Of a stretch of DNA of 64,000 nt, positions 23,601-30,475 are shown in pieces (within the stretch, counting starts at the first letter, position 1; each line of letters starts with the position of its first letter). The stretch lies in the IMG/VR virus record IMGVR_UViG_3300020469_000013; one strand, given 5' to 3'. The translations under genes and the position numbers were made by a program. The DNA comes from an uncultured virus (IMG/VR IMGVR_UViG_3300020469_000013). Lineage: Duplodnaviria > Heunggongvirae > Uroviricota > Caudoviricetes > Kyanoviridae. Below the pieces are notes generated by a model. That model did not search any database, was not told where the DNA came from, and saw only the letters and a list, made by a program, of their open reading frames with translations.

Positions 23601-24756
23601 TGCTGCAGTTAGAGATAGGTTAGATGTTCTAGACACTGCTAGATTTGAAAGAATTAATGTTACTGGAGTTTCAACCTTTGCTGGTGCTGCTGACTTTAAT
23701 GGTGATGTTGATGTAGATGGACATACAGAATTAGATGATCTTAATGTATCAGGTGTTGGTACTATTGCAACTTTCGATACAGAGACTGCGGATCTTAAAA
23801 CTGTTAAGATAACATCTGGTATTGCAACCGACTTAGTTGGTACTGCTGCAACTATTACCACTATTGATGTTACAGAGGGTGACATACTTAACGCCAAAAT
23901 AAATGCTGGTGTTATAACTTCTCTTACTCTAACAGACAGTCAGGTTAGTGGTATTGTAACTTATGCAGATAATGCTGCTGCACACTTTGGAGATGGTGGA
24001 GATCTTAAGATCTATCATAATCCATCTTTCGGATCTTACATTGACGATTCGGGAACTGGTGCTCTTGCAATTCGTTCTAATGAGATTCAGTTACAGAAGT
24101 ATACTGGTGAAACTCTCGCCAACTTCACTGCTGATGGTTCAGTTAAATTATTCCATAATAACGGTCCTAGACTAGAAACTTTAGGTGCTGGTGTTAGTGT
24201 TAGTGGTGAATTACAAACTGGAACATTATTAGTTTCTACTGATGCTGTTGTTAGTGCAGGAATGACTGTTGTTGGAATCACAACTTTCAACGATGATGTA
24301 TTCATTGCAGGAAACTTAAATGTCATCGGTGATCTTATATACGATGAAACAAATTCTAGAAATCTTAATGTTAGTGGTATAGCAACAATTGCTGCTATGA
24401 TCATCACTGGAGTAACAACTTCCAAGAATATTCAGATTGGTACTGCTACTTCTACTACTAAGATTACTACTACAAGTGGAAAATTAGTTCTTGAATCTTT
24501 TGAGGATCAAGTAGATGTTAATGATAACCTACAGGTCGTAGGATATGGTACATTTAGAGATGGTTTATATTATCCAGATTCCGCAAATGGTATTGGATAT
24601 AGTGGTCCTAATGGAATCGCATACTTTGACGCAACAGGTAAGATTGTTAGTGGCCTAAGTACTGTTGGATTCTTGACTGTTTCCGAGTATGTTCTTACCA
24701 CGAATGCTTCTGGAAATCCAATATGGTCTAATTCGATTGATGGAGGAACATTCTGA
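17635..24756 (+). CDS. Giant tail fibre/adhesin-like protein (YadA-like head repeats, 30-aa tandem repeats, pectin-lyase-like region, LamG/ConA-like domain)
   Basis: N-terminal LLKR...P...GEL motif, NIAIG repeats (18280-19060), AKITAG repeats, PFKSIKYAL..GVYEE.FPL.VP.GV.VKG, FTIEFW..IDEVRI..YTANFT..LLLHFDG, C-terminal IDGGTF. Confidence 0.75.
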   Translation: MSATLLLKRTLGTSPPNIAPVGTGVSFGELVYTYDTSDVGAGKSYKKLYIGNPAGPTAAPIVIGGEYYTSLIPESPANYGNREASKALILDANAKVKSWSVITDFHNAGVGTNQGDFYVGGNLNVTGDLVYDEVTGRNINITGVGTIATIFNTKATIVDGAIDNLYTVSGLVTTLTGTSANYVQVNVGHALTANNVEITGITTLTNNLDFSRNLIKIGRETASGISSADGSIFIGDYAATGMGQSTANRRNIAIGASALQNAGTGNNADELESNIVVGNFAGYRLQGTKNLMVGDKVGFALSSSGNDENIALGNQAMYGDTFPVVDGVTLSISIGQQTAIANHDESTDVTETSGSGEGLIVRLQTGATGLVTGIDVISPGDGYVLNDTFTIPFGFQTLTGTVSSINGRFLSGGTGARQQSKNIAIGPYSLFSVDGSRNIAIGYSAGDVTTGSGNVIIGYERDVAIAKSDNQLTIGSSLGNWIDGNQLGYVGIGTTRPFGLLDVGGVLIVDKGTGNTVISGVTTVPTLDVDNLGIEDIKVTAGLATDFAITNAKIQSGIITDTVGTAATITNVDFVNADILAAKITAGIVTDLVGTGATIAILDTETADLSDVKITSGVITSIVGTYATITTFDADDADINVLKTVTGVVTSITGFGVTYNTADFEFVDASDIKITTGLVTSLVGTYVTFQDADFQDDVRVGGALTVVGDLTVQGNTSFVQSSVIQVTDKNIELGFSSTGNHADATADNGGIILKGTTDKTIQYNTSREAWESNLKWNPTVDDTLDIGEPTVQWRDIYIDGTAHLDAADILDAKITAGVVTDLVGTHATITVADFEQADIVTATIQSGIVTDINVSAAATILTSDLFNADIRNAKITSGIITSLVGTYGTITTLDVETLDAQNISITGVAVTDIVGTAATITTIDAQNLDAVNAKITVGIITDIVGTAATIATIDATEGDIVNAKITAGVVTSLVGTYATITVFDTETLDAKNTNITGLAVTDIVGTAATITIIDATEGDIVNAKITAGVVTSIVGTYATITVFDTETADLKDVKITSGIITDIVGTAATITTIDAANFDAVNAKINAGYVTSLYDSTGVVGINTQHILSTNPDGTITWREPAQIGIATVNPGADVWFVDTHGVDDNEPSRGRTDDRPFKSIKYALSRISNKYPHTYNGGTATDAVNVQSGAESGNQKSPNGATYNEHTGELILSFGSAHGLSTADTITLDNNSISFTCTKDNNATSHTYPRVGDPIAGVTTAVTVINSTSFSLNVGVSPLVTGENETLNIGGGVYEETFPLYVPAGVTVKGNGLRATKVVPTTATKQKDAFLLNDRSVVEDMTIADMFFNTATNEGFAFKYEPGIAITSRSPYVQRVTVLNKGSNVTATDPYGYASADSPPSSYISGGGAFIDGSEVQSGSLEAAMLFNECTFIVPNSQGVVMTNGARVEYLNAFTYFSSEAIKGISGTAGISSTGQTRLRLSGITTVGVGNTITVFDTDGSTGLGTAVVASYDGTYLGVTGKQTGFEVLNARTAKSITFNDGAQLDTTVKKFGSAALKLDGSNDSISVPSSGDIGFGTNTDFTIEFWAYSNTTGLSSATLFDLRDNGSDTNGLSLAYRAAGEVDLRVGTTTAITGSGAGIATGVWKHYAVARGGTNTRLFVDGTQRGIKTSDTTDYGASKGIVFGADFDGASNNVTGWIDEVRIERGVAKYTANFTAPTTAPTGDKDTVLLLHFDGSTGIKTTTDDVIRNQDIRITQPNSGVGTATKVILADYSQFGADMRSVGCAVEYGQKGVVADGDGVSLRMFALNFNHVGAGGDITNDPNLAIQANEVTEVNGGDVSYVSIDQKGDFRVGEAFYVDQENGTVSFSQQVTSLQALSSLVITDGTDSSTVTPTSGTFGNIQIAGNNIESTSGDINIDPAGSGDINITGDVNVLGILTATTIQLDAFQKGDTSVALSDSGSDGTIRLSTDNVEAMRVDANQKIGIGTAAVRDRLDVLDTARFERINVTGVSTFAGAADFNGDVDVDGHTELDDLNVSGVGTIATFDTETADLKTVKITSGIATDLVGTAATITTIDVTEGDILNAKINAGVITSLTLTDSQVSGIVTYADNAAAHFGDGGDLKIYHNPSFGSYIDDSGTGALAIRSNEIQLQKYTGETLANFTADGSVKLFHNNGPRLETLGAGVSVSGELQTGTLLVSTDAVVSAGMTVVGITTFNDDVFIAGNLNVIGDLIYDETNSRNLNVSGIATIAAMIITGVTTSKNIQIGTATSTTKITTTSGKLVLESFEDQVDVNDNLQVVGYGTFRDGLYYPDSANGIGYSGPNGIAYFDATGKIVSGLSTVGFLTVSEYVLTTNASGNPIWSNSIDGGTF
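19243..20900 (+). repeat. Two blocks of ~90-nt (30-aa) tandem repeats AKITxGxxTxxVGTxATITxxD in the fibre gene
   Basis: Unit starts at 19288, 19378, 19468, 19558, 19648 and 20068, 20158, 20251, 20341, 20431, 20521, 20611, 20701, 20791, 20881. Confidence 0.9.
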
Positions 24757-25607
24757 TGGCAAAACCAACCACAAGAGAGCAGTTGAAAGACTATGCTCTC
24801 AGACAACTTGGTGCTCCTGTATTAGAAATTAATGTCGCTGATGAGCAAGTTGAAGACGCACTTGACGATACTTTACAACTCTTTTATGAACGCCACTTTG
24901 ATGGTGTAGAGAGGGTTTATTTAAAATATAAAATTACTGCTGATGACATAAAGCGTGGTAGAGCAAGAGGTGCTTCAAATACTTTGGGTATTACTACAAC
25001 AAGTACAACTACTAATATTGTAGGTGCTGCTACTACAACTACTTTTAATTGGGAAGAAAACCAAAGTGAATTTCCATTACCAGATTCAATTATTGGTATA
25101 GAAAGAGTATTTGTTTTTGATGCAAGTTTTATATCAAACAATATGTTCAGTTTCAAATATCAATTGTTCCTAAATGATGTTGCATTTAATCTTGGATACA
25201 GTGGACTTTTAAGTTATGCAATGACTAAGACCTATCTAGAGGACATTGATTTTTTACTGTCTACAGAAAAACCAACTAGATTTAATAAGAGAAATGGAAA
25301 GTTATATCTTGATATTGATTGGGGATCAATGACGGAAGGTACATACATAATTTTAAATTGTTATAGAATTATGGATCCTGCTAATTATAGTGGAGTCTAT
25401 AATGATTACTTCATCAAAAGATATTTTACCCAAGCAGTCAAAAAGCAATGGGGTACTAATTTAACCAAATTTCAAGGAGTTAAACTTCCAGGTGGAATTG
25501 AATTAAATGGTAGACAAATATACGAAGATGCTGTTATGGAAATACAAAGAATAGAAGACAAAATGATGACAGATTACGAAATGCCTCCACTTGATATGAT
25601 AGGATGA
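24756..25607 (+). CDS. gp13: Neck protein gp13
   Basis: LKDYALRQLGAPVLEINV, KKQWGTNLTKFQGVKLPGGIELNG. Confidence 0.92.
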   Translation: MAKPTTREQLKDYALRQLGAPVLEINVADEQVEDALDDTLQLFYERHFDGVERVYLKYKITADDIKRGRARGASNTLGITTTSTTTNIVGAATTTTFNWEENQSEFPLPDSIIGIERVFVFDASFISNNMFSFKYQLFLNDVAFNLGYSGLLSYAMTKTYLEDIDFLLSTEKPTRFNKRNGKLYLDIDWGSMTEGTYIILNCYRIMDPANYSGVYNDYFIKRYFTQAVKKQWGTNLTKFQGVKLPGGIELNGRQIYEDAVMEIQRIEDKMMTDYEMPPLDMIG

Positions 25608-25608
25608 T

Positions 25609-27036
25609 ATGGCACTTAATCCATTCTTTCTTCAAGGTTCGCCAAGTGAACAAAGACTTGTTCAAGAATTAATTGACGAACACTTAAAAATATTCGGGAT
25701 AGATGTTTATTATCTACCCAGAAAAATGATAGAAACTGATGATGTACTTGGAGAAGTGCAATCATCTAAATTTAATGATGCATATGTTCTTGAGGCATAC
25801 TTAAACAACTACGAAGGGTATGCTAAAGGTAGTGATATCATGACTAAGTTTGGTGTTAATTTAGAAAATGAAATTACACTAACAGTATCAAGAGAAAGAT
25901 ATGAAGATTTTATAGCACCCTTTGTTGTTACTCATGATCCAAAGAATGCTGGAACTGAGATCATGTTTGGTGAGAGACCTAAAGAAGGTGATTTAATATA
26001 TTTTCCATTGGGAGAAAGACTTTTTGAAATCAAACATGTAGAGTTTGAGAATCCATTCTATCAACTTGGTAAGAATTATATCTACGAACTTAACTGTGAA
26101 TTATTCCGTTATGAGGATGAGTACATTGATACTAATGTTGCTGTAATAGATCAAAGAGTTGATGATGAAGGAGAAGTAACTACAGTTGCTTTGGCAGGTA
26201 TTGGTTCAACTGCTGTTGCAATAGTTGACTCATTTGCATCTCAAGGTGCCCTACAATTTATCACGCTGAATGATGACGGATATAACTATACTTCCACACC
26301 CCCTGTCACAATCGCACCCTCTCCTGCTGGTGTTACTTCAAGTAGAGCTGGTGCGTTTGCATTCACCACATCAAGGTCAGGTCTCTATTCTGTGGATTCT
26401 GTAGTAATACAAAACCCAGGTTTTGCATATACTGAAGCACCAGCTATTGGATTTGGTACTCCTGGCGTAGGTGCTGCTGCAACTGCATCTCTTACAAGCA
26501 GTGGTATAACTTCTATTCGTATTACTTCTATTGGTAATAATTATATTCAACCTCCTATTATTAGCATTCAGCATCCAGAAAATGTTGCTATTGGAACTAC
26601 AGGAACTGTAGGTAGTAAAGTTGGTCAAGTACAGGCAACAGCAGTTGCTACTCTTGAAAATGATAAGTTAAGTAGAATATATCTTAGCAATGCTGGTAGT
26701 GGTTATGAAGGTACTCCTATCATCACAATTGGTGCTCCAGTTTCTACTGGTATTGGAACATATTTCTATAACGAAAGAGTTCTTGGATCTATTTCTGGAA
26801 CTGAAGCATATGTTAAAGAATGGAATTCATTAGAGAGAAAATTGAAGTTGTCAATAAATAATGGTGTATTCACTCCTGGTGAGTACATAACTGGAACTGC
26901 TTCTTCCGCTAGATATCAAGTTCTATCCCACACTGGTGTTGATACCACTAGTGCTTATACATCTAATGATGAGTTTGAATTTGAGGCAGATTCTATCATT
27001 GATTTTGCAGAGACTAATCCATTTGGTAATTATTAA
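25609..27036 (+). CDS. gp14: Neck protein gp14 (with internal GxGY repeat insertion)
   Basis: G.DVYYLPR, RPKEGDLIYFPL, PFYQLGK, DFAETNPFG. Confidence 0.9.
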   Translation: MALNPFFLQGSPSEQRLVQELIDEHLKIFGIDVYYLPRKMIETDDVLGEVQSSKFNDAYVLEAYLNNYEGYAKGSDIMTKFGVNLENEITLTVSRERYEDFIAPFVVTHDPKNAGTEIMFGERPKEGDLIYFPLGERLFEIKHVEFENPFYQLGKNYIYELNCELFRYEDEYIDTNVAVIDQRVDDEGEVTTVALAGIGSTAVAIVDSFASQGALQFITLNDDGYNYTSTPPVTIAPSPAGVTSSRAGAFAFTTSRSGLYSVDSVVIQNPGFAYTEAPAIGFGTPGVGAAATASLTSSGITSIRITSIGNNYIQPPIISIQHPENVAIGTTGTVGSKVGQVQATAVATLENDKLSRIYLSNAGSGYEGTPIITIGAPVSTGIGTYFYNERVLGSISGTEAYVKEWNSLERKLKLSINNGVFTPGEYITGTASSARYQVLSHTGVDTTSAYTSNDEFEFEADSIIDFAETNPFGNY

Positions 27037-27836
27037 TGTTAGGTACTTACTTTTATCACGAAATATTAAGAAGGACTGTAGTGTCCTTTGGAACACTTTT
27101 TAATGAAATTCATGTTCAAAAACAGGACAAGGATGGTAAAGTAATTAGTGATATTAATGTACCTTTAGCATATGGTCCTAGAGGAAAGTTTCTTGCACGA
27201 TTAGAACAGTTACAGGAATTAAACAAACCAACTGCAATATCATTACCAAGAATGTCATTTGAAATGACAAACTTACAATATGATGCAACAAGAAAAACTT
27301 CTGTTACCAAAACTTATAAAGCAATTGATAGCAATGATAAGGTAAAGAAAGTTTATCTTCCTGTTCCATATAACATAGGTTTTGAACTTAATATTATGAC
27401 TAAGTTGAATGATGATGCATTGCAGATCGTAGAACAAATTCTTCCTTTCTTTCAACCATCTTTTAATATCACAGTAGATTTGATATCATCTATTGGTGAG
27501 AAACGAGATATACCAGTTGTTCTAGAGAACATTACTTTTAGTGATGAATATGAGGGAGATTTCAGTACTCGTAGAGTATTGATGTATACTATGACATTTA
27601 ATGCAAAGACCTATCTATTTGGTCCTATTGCAGAATCTACAGATGGAATCATCCGTAAGGTTCAAGTTGATTACTATACAAATACTGACAAACAAAATGC
27701 GAAGCGTGAAATGAGGTACACTGCTACTCCAGATCCTGTTAACGCAGAACCAGATGATGACTTTGGATTTAGTGAAAATTCTACTATGTTCTTTGATGGT
27801 AAACAGTATAGTCCAACAAGAAGAGAAGATGTATGA
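27036..27836 (+). CDS. gp15: Tail sheath stabiliser/terminator gp15
   Basis: YFYHEILRR..FGTLFN, LPRMSFE, QIVEQILPFFQP. Confidence 0.92.
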   Translation: MLGTYFYHEILRRTVVSFGTLFNEIHVQKQDKDGKVISDINVPLAYGPRGKFLARLEQLQELNKPTAISLPRMSFEMTNLQYDATRKTSVTKTYKAIDSNDKVKKVYLPVPYNIGFELNIMTKLNDDALQIVEQILPFFQPSFNITVDLISSIGEKRDIPVVLENITFSDEYEGDFSTRRVLMYTMTFNAKTYLFGPIAESTDGIIRKVQVDYYTNTDKQNAKREMRYTATPDPVNAEPDDDFGFSENSTMFFDGKQYSPTRREDV

Positions 27837-28027
27837 CAATTAACCCATTAGATCTTATGCCTATTGCAACTGATGACCCCATCGATACTATGCCATGTGA
27901 TTATCAACCTCCTGGTGTAGACGAAGAAGATGATATAACTATACATGAGAAGATGTATAGGTTAGCCAGAGCAAAATACAATCCTTTTGCTGTTGGTGGA
28001 TCAGAATCCCTTGGAGAAAAGAAATGA
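27833..28027 (+). CDS. Hypothetical protein
   Basis: ATGA overlaps at both ends. Confidence 0.6.
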   Translation: MTINPLDLMPIATDDPIDTMPCDYQPPGVDEEDDITIHEKMYRLARAKYNPFAVGGSESLGEKK

Positions 28028-28287
28028 CTTTCGACCAATTTGTTACTGAAGCATCTGCTGCATGGCAGAGGAAAGAAGGTAAGAACAAAGAAGGTGGTTT
28101 AAATGAAAAAGGTAGAAAATCATATGAAAGAGAAAATCCTGGTTCTGATTTAAAAGCACCACAACCTGAAGGCGGACCTAGAAAGAGATCTTTCTGTGCT
28201 CGTATGGGAGGTGTGAAAGGACCAATGAAAAAACCTAACGGTAAACCAACTCGTAAGGCATTAGCACTTAGAAAGTGGAAGTGTTGA
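28024..28287 (+). CDS. Small basic phage protein (DUF6321-like), possible capsid-internal protein
   Basis: AWQRKEGKN.EGGLN.KGR.SY, RKRSFCARMGG, ALRKWKC; N-terminus MTFDQFVTEA. Confidence 0.7.
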   Translation: MTFDQFVTEASAAWQRKEGKNKEGGLNEKGRKSYERENPGSDLKAPQPEGGPRKRSFCARMGGVKGPMKKPNGKPTRKALALRKWKC

Positions 28288-28288
28288 C

Positions 28289-28711
28289 ATGAAAAAAGAT
28301 TTTGGATCTATAGACAAAGCATTAAATACTAATAGTATTGATGTTGAAGTTACTGCTACACCTGAAGTGAAACCAGAACCTCCAACAAGAGATATTAGTA
28401 AAGAACTAGATAAGGATTACGAATATACTAGAGGAAATCTCTATTCTCTAATTGAGAAGGGACAGGAGACTCTTAATGGAATTATGGAGTTGGCAGACGA
28501 AACACAATCTCCAAGAGCGTATGAAGTTGCTGGACAGGTTATTAAGAGTGTTGCTGATACCACTGACAAACTATTAGACTTACAAAAGAAATTAAAAGAT
28601 ATTGACGAAACAAAATCTTCATCAACAACTAATGTGACAAACAATGCTATGTTCGTTGGTAGCACTGCAGAGTTGCAAAAAATGCTTAAAGATATGGGAA
28701 GTTCTAAATAA
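28289..28711 (+). CDS. gp16: Terminase small subunit gp16
   Basis: DYEYTRGNLYSLIEKG, SPRAYEVAGQ, FVGSTAELQKML. Confidence 0.9.
   Translation: MKKDFGSIDKALNTNSIDVEVTATPEVKPEPPTRDISKELDKDYEYTRGNLYSLIEKGQETLNGIMELADETQSPRAYEVAGQVIKSVADTTDKLLDLQKKLKDIDETKSSSTTNVTNNAMFVGSTAELQKMLKDMGSSK
28703..28710 (+). promoter_or_regulatory. Late promoter variant TCTAAATA
   Basis: TAAATA core just upstream of ORF 28733. Confidence 0.55.
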
Positions 28712-28732
28712 AAGTGCCTTCTAGAGAGAAAC

Positions 28733-29128
28733 ATGACAGAAAAGAAAGAAGCACCTAAAGGTATTATTGGTAAGATAAAGGATAAAATATTACCAGATGA
28801 AGACGAACAAGCCGCAATCATATCTACTTTTGTGAGACTTGGTGTGTTGGTTTGGAGTGGTGGAATATTAACACTAAATTATGTTGCTATACCAGGTGTA
28901 CCACAACAGAAAATTGATCCAACTTTCATAGCTTCTGTCTTCACAGGAGTTTTGGCGAGTTTTGGGATTCAGACAGCATCTAAAAAGGGTGACGGTACCA
29001 TGAAAATGAACGGTAACGGTAATGGTGGTGGTAAGACTGGTGGTCCTACACAGACTATTATCATAGAACAAGCACCATTAAAAATTATTGCTGAGTCACC
29101 TAAGAAGACAGAAAATTACAAGATGTAG
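28733..29128 (+). CDS. Hypothetical membrane protein (two hydrophobic segments)
   Basis: VRLGVLVWSGGILTLNY and DPTFIASVFTGVLASFG segments. Confidence 0.7.
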   Translation: MTEKKEAPKGIIGKIKDKILPDEDEQAAIISTFVRLGVLVWSGGILTLNYVAIPGVPQQKIDPTFIASVFTGVLASFGIQTASKKGDGTMKMNGNGNGGGKTGGPTQTIIIEQAPLKIIAESPKKTENYKM

Positions 29129-29158
29129 TATAATATATACAGTAGAATCACACTGTAT

Positions 29159-29383
29159 ATGAGAGAGACATTAATTAAAGCTTTACTAGCACATGCACAA
29201 GGAGACATCCAAAAGCATGTTGCTAATGTAGAAGTCTATCTAACTAACCCTGCAGGTATTGGAGAACACTCCGATATTACAGAGGCAATAGAAACTGAAT
29301 TGAATATCATTGCTAAGTATCAAGATCAAATAGATGTAATAAACAAGTACTTTAAAACATCAAAAAGGGAGGTTCTTACCTAA
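29159..29383 (+). CDS. Conserved hypothetical phage protein
   Basis: H.ANVEVYL.NPAGIGEHSDI motif. Confidence 0.75.
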   Translation: MRETLIKALLAHAQGDIQKHVANVEVYLTNPAGIGEHSDITEAIETELNIIAKYQDQIDVINKYFKTSKREVLT

Positions 29384-29547
29384 TGTGGAATTTTAATATT
29401 AAAAAAATTACTAGTTTCGCTACAAAGGTAAAAGAACTCGATAAGAAGTTGGCAAAAAAGATACAGGAAAAATTTAATTTAACAGACTATCAGATGCTTT
29501 GTATTGCATTTGGTAAAGGATTTATTATTGGTGCTTTGATACTCTGA
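29383..29547 (+). CDS. Small hypothetical protein (54 aa, ...KKIQEKFNLTDYQMLCIAFGKGFIIGALIL)
   Basis: TAATG overlap, GGAGG upstream, hydrophobic C-terminus; below ORF-track cutoff. Confidence 0.65.
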   Translation: MWNFNIKKITSFATKVKELDKKLAKKIQEKFNLTDYQMLCIAFGKGFIIGALIL

Positions 29548-29596
29548 CCTAGTGGTGATTCCCACACTAAAATAAGCAGAATTACTCAGTTCGTGC

Positions 29597-29604
29597 TATA
29601 AATA
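29597..29604 (+). promoter_or_regulatory. T4-type late promoter TATAAATA
   Basis: Exact consensus in intergenic gap. Confidence 0.8.
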
Positions 29605-29630
29605 TGGTGTAGTATGGGATTGAAACAATC

Positions 29631-29798
29631 ATGCCCCTCACTGGACATTACACGGTTGGTTATCACGATAATCAAAATCACACATCTGAAATTTGCGAGT
29701 ATGCAGAAGATGCATACAATGCTATAAAGCAAGCGAGTGAAGATCTAAGAGGTTTCGACAATCCTCATGCAGCAGAGTATTGCATTAAGGAGAATTGA
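29631..29798 (+). CDS. Small His/Cys/acidic hypothetical protein (55 aa, MPLTGHYTVGYHD...EICEYAEDAY...)
   Basis: Open frame directly after late promoter; next ORF's AAGGAG lies in its 3' end. Confidence 0.6.
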   Translation: MPLTGHYTVGYHDNQNHTSEICEYAEDAYNAIKQASEDLRGFDNPHAAEYCIKEN

Positions 29799-29799
29799 T

Positions 29800-29904
29800 A
29801 TGAATAATTTACCAATCACATCTTCTTGTGTTATATTTGGATCCATCATTGCTACAGCATGGTTCCTAGTACCAAATGCATGGGCAATTCCTATAATGGT
29901 ATAA
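29800..29904 (+). CDS. 34-aa hydrophobic peptide (MNNLPITSSCVIFGSIIATAWFLVPNAWAIPIMV)
   Basis: AAGGAG Shine-Dalgarno upstream, tight packing. Confidence 0.5.
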   Translation: MNNLPITSSCVIFGSIIATAWFLVPNAWAIPIMV

Positions 29905-29910
29905 AAACAA

Positions 29911-30084
29911 ATGGTTGTCTGGGGAGTTATCTGGATGATTGCAATATTAATCGTAGTGGTATCTTGGTATATTTACTATATACTTCGTATGGCCTATAAG
30001 GAGATGGACGATGGGAGCGATGGTTCCACCGAGTCGGAAGAGTTGCTACAACTTCCGAGTAGTGTCGATAGACAGGGTAGTTGA
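29911..30084 (+). CDS. Small single-TM protein (57 aa, MVVWGVIWMIAILIVVVSWYIYYILRMAY...)
   Basis: Clear N-terminal TM helix; 3' end overlaps nuclease gene. Confidence 0.55.
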   Translation: MVVWGVIWMIAILIVVVSWYIYYILRMAYKEMDDGSDGSTESEELLQLPSSVDRQGS

Positions 30085-30475
30085 TGGTGATACAATCGAT
30101 GTATCAATAGACTTGGGTTTTGATCTTATAAAAAAGGAAAGAGTAAGGATAGCTGGTATTGATACTCCTGAGAAGAGGACTAGAAACTTAGAAGAGAAAG
30201 CACTTGGTATTGATGCTACCAATTGGATGAAAAAGAATTTGGAGGACACCATTGCAGGAGACGACGAACTCACTATTAGAACAGAACTTGTTGGTGGTAT
30301 GGGTAAGTACGGTAGGCTTCTTGGTTGGTTATATGTTGGCGAGAGCGATTTATCCTTAAATGAAATTATGATTACTGAAGGATATGCTTGGGCATATGAT
30401 GGTGGCACGAAGCAAAAGAACTTTGAGGAACTAAGAGAAATTCGTAGGGCACATGGTACTCTAGACGCAGGATAA
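30011..30475 (+). CDS. Staphylococcal nuclease (thermonuclease)-like protein
   Basis: RVVDGDTIDV, RVRIAGIDTPE, GKYGRLLG, EGYAWAY. Confidence 0.85.
   Translation: MGAMVPPSRKSCYNFRVVSIDRVVDGDTIDVSIDLGFDLIKKERVRIAGIDTPEKRTRNLEEKALGIDATNWMKKNLEDTIAGDDELTIRTELVGGMGKYGRLLGWLYVGESDLSLNEIMITEGYAWAYDGGTKQKNFEELREIRRAHGTLDAG

Noticed and set aside
17635..24756. Diversity-generating retroelement (fibre with tropism-like N-terminus and near-identical repeats)
   Set aside because: No reverse transcriptase in the window; repeat differences are in-frame and not adenine-specific
29548..29630. tRNA gene in the intergenic gap (contains GTTCG)
   Set aside because: No cloverleaf or acceptor stem can be formed; no tRNA recognised anywhere in the window
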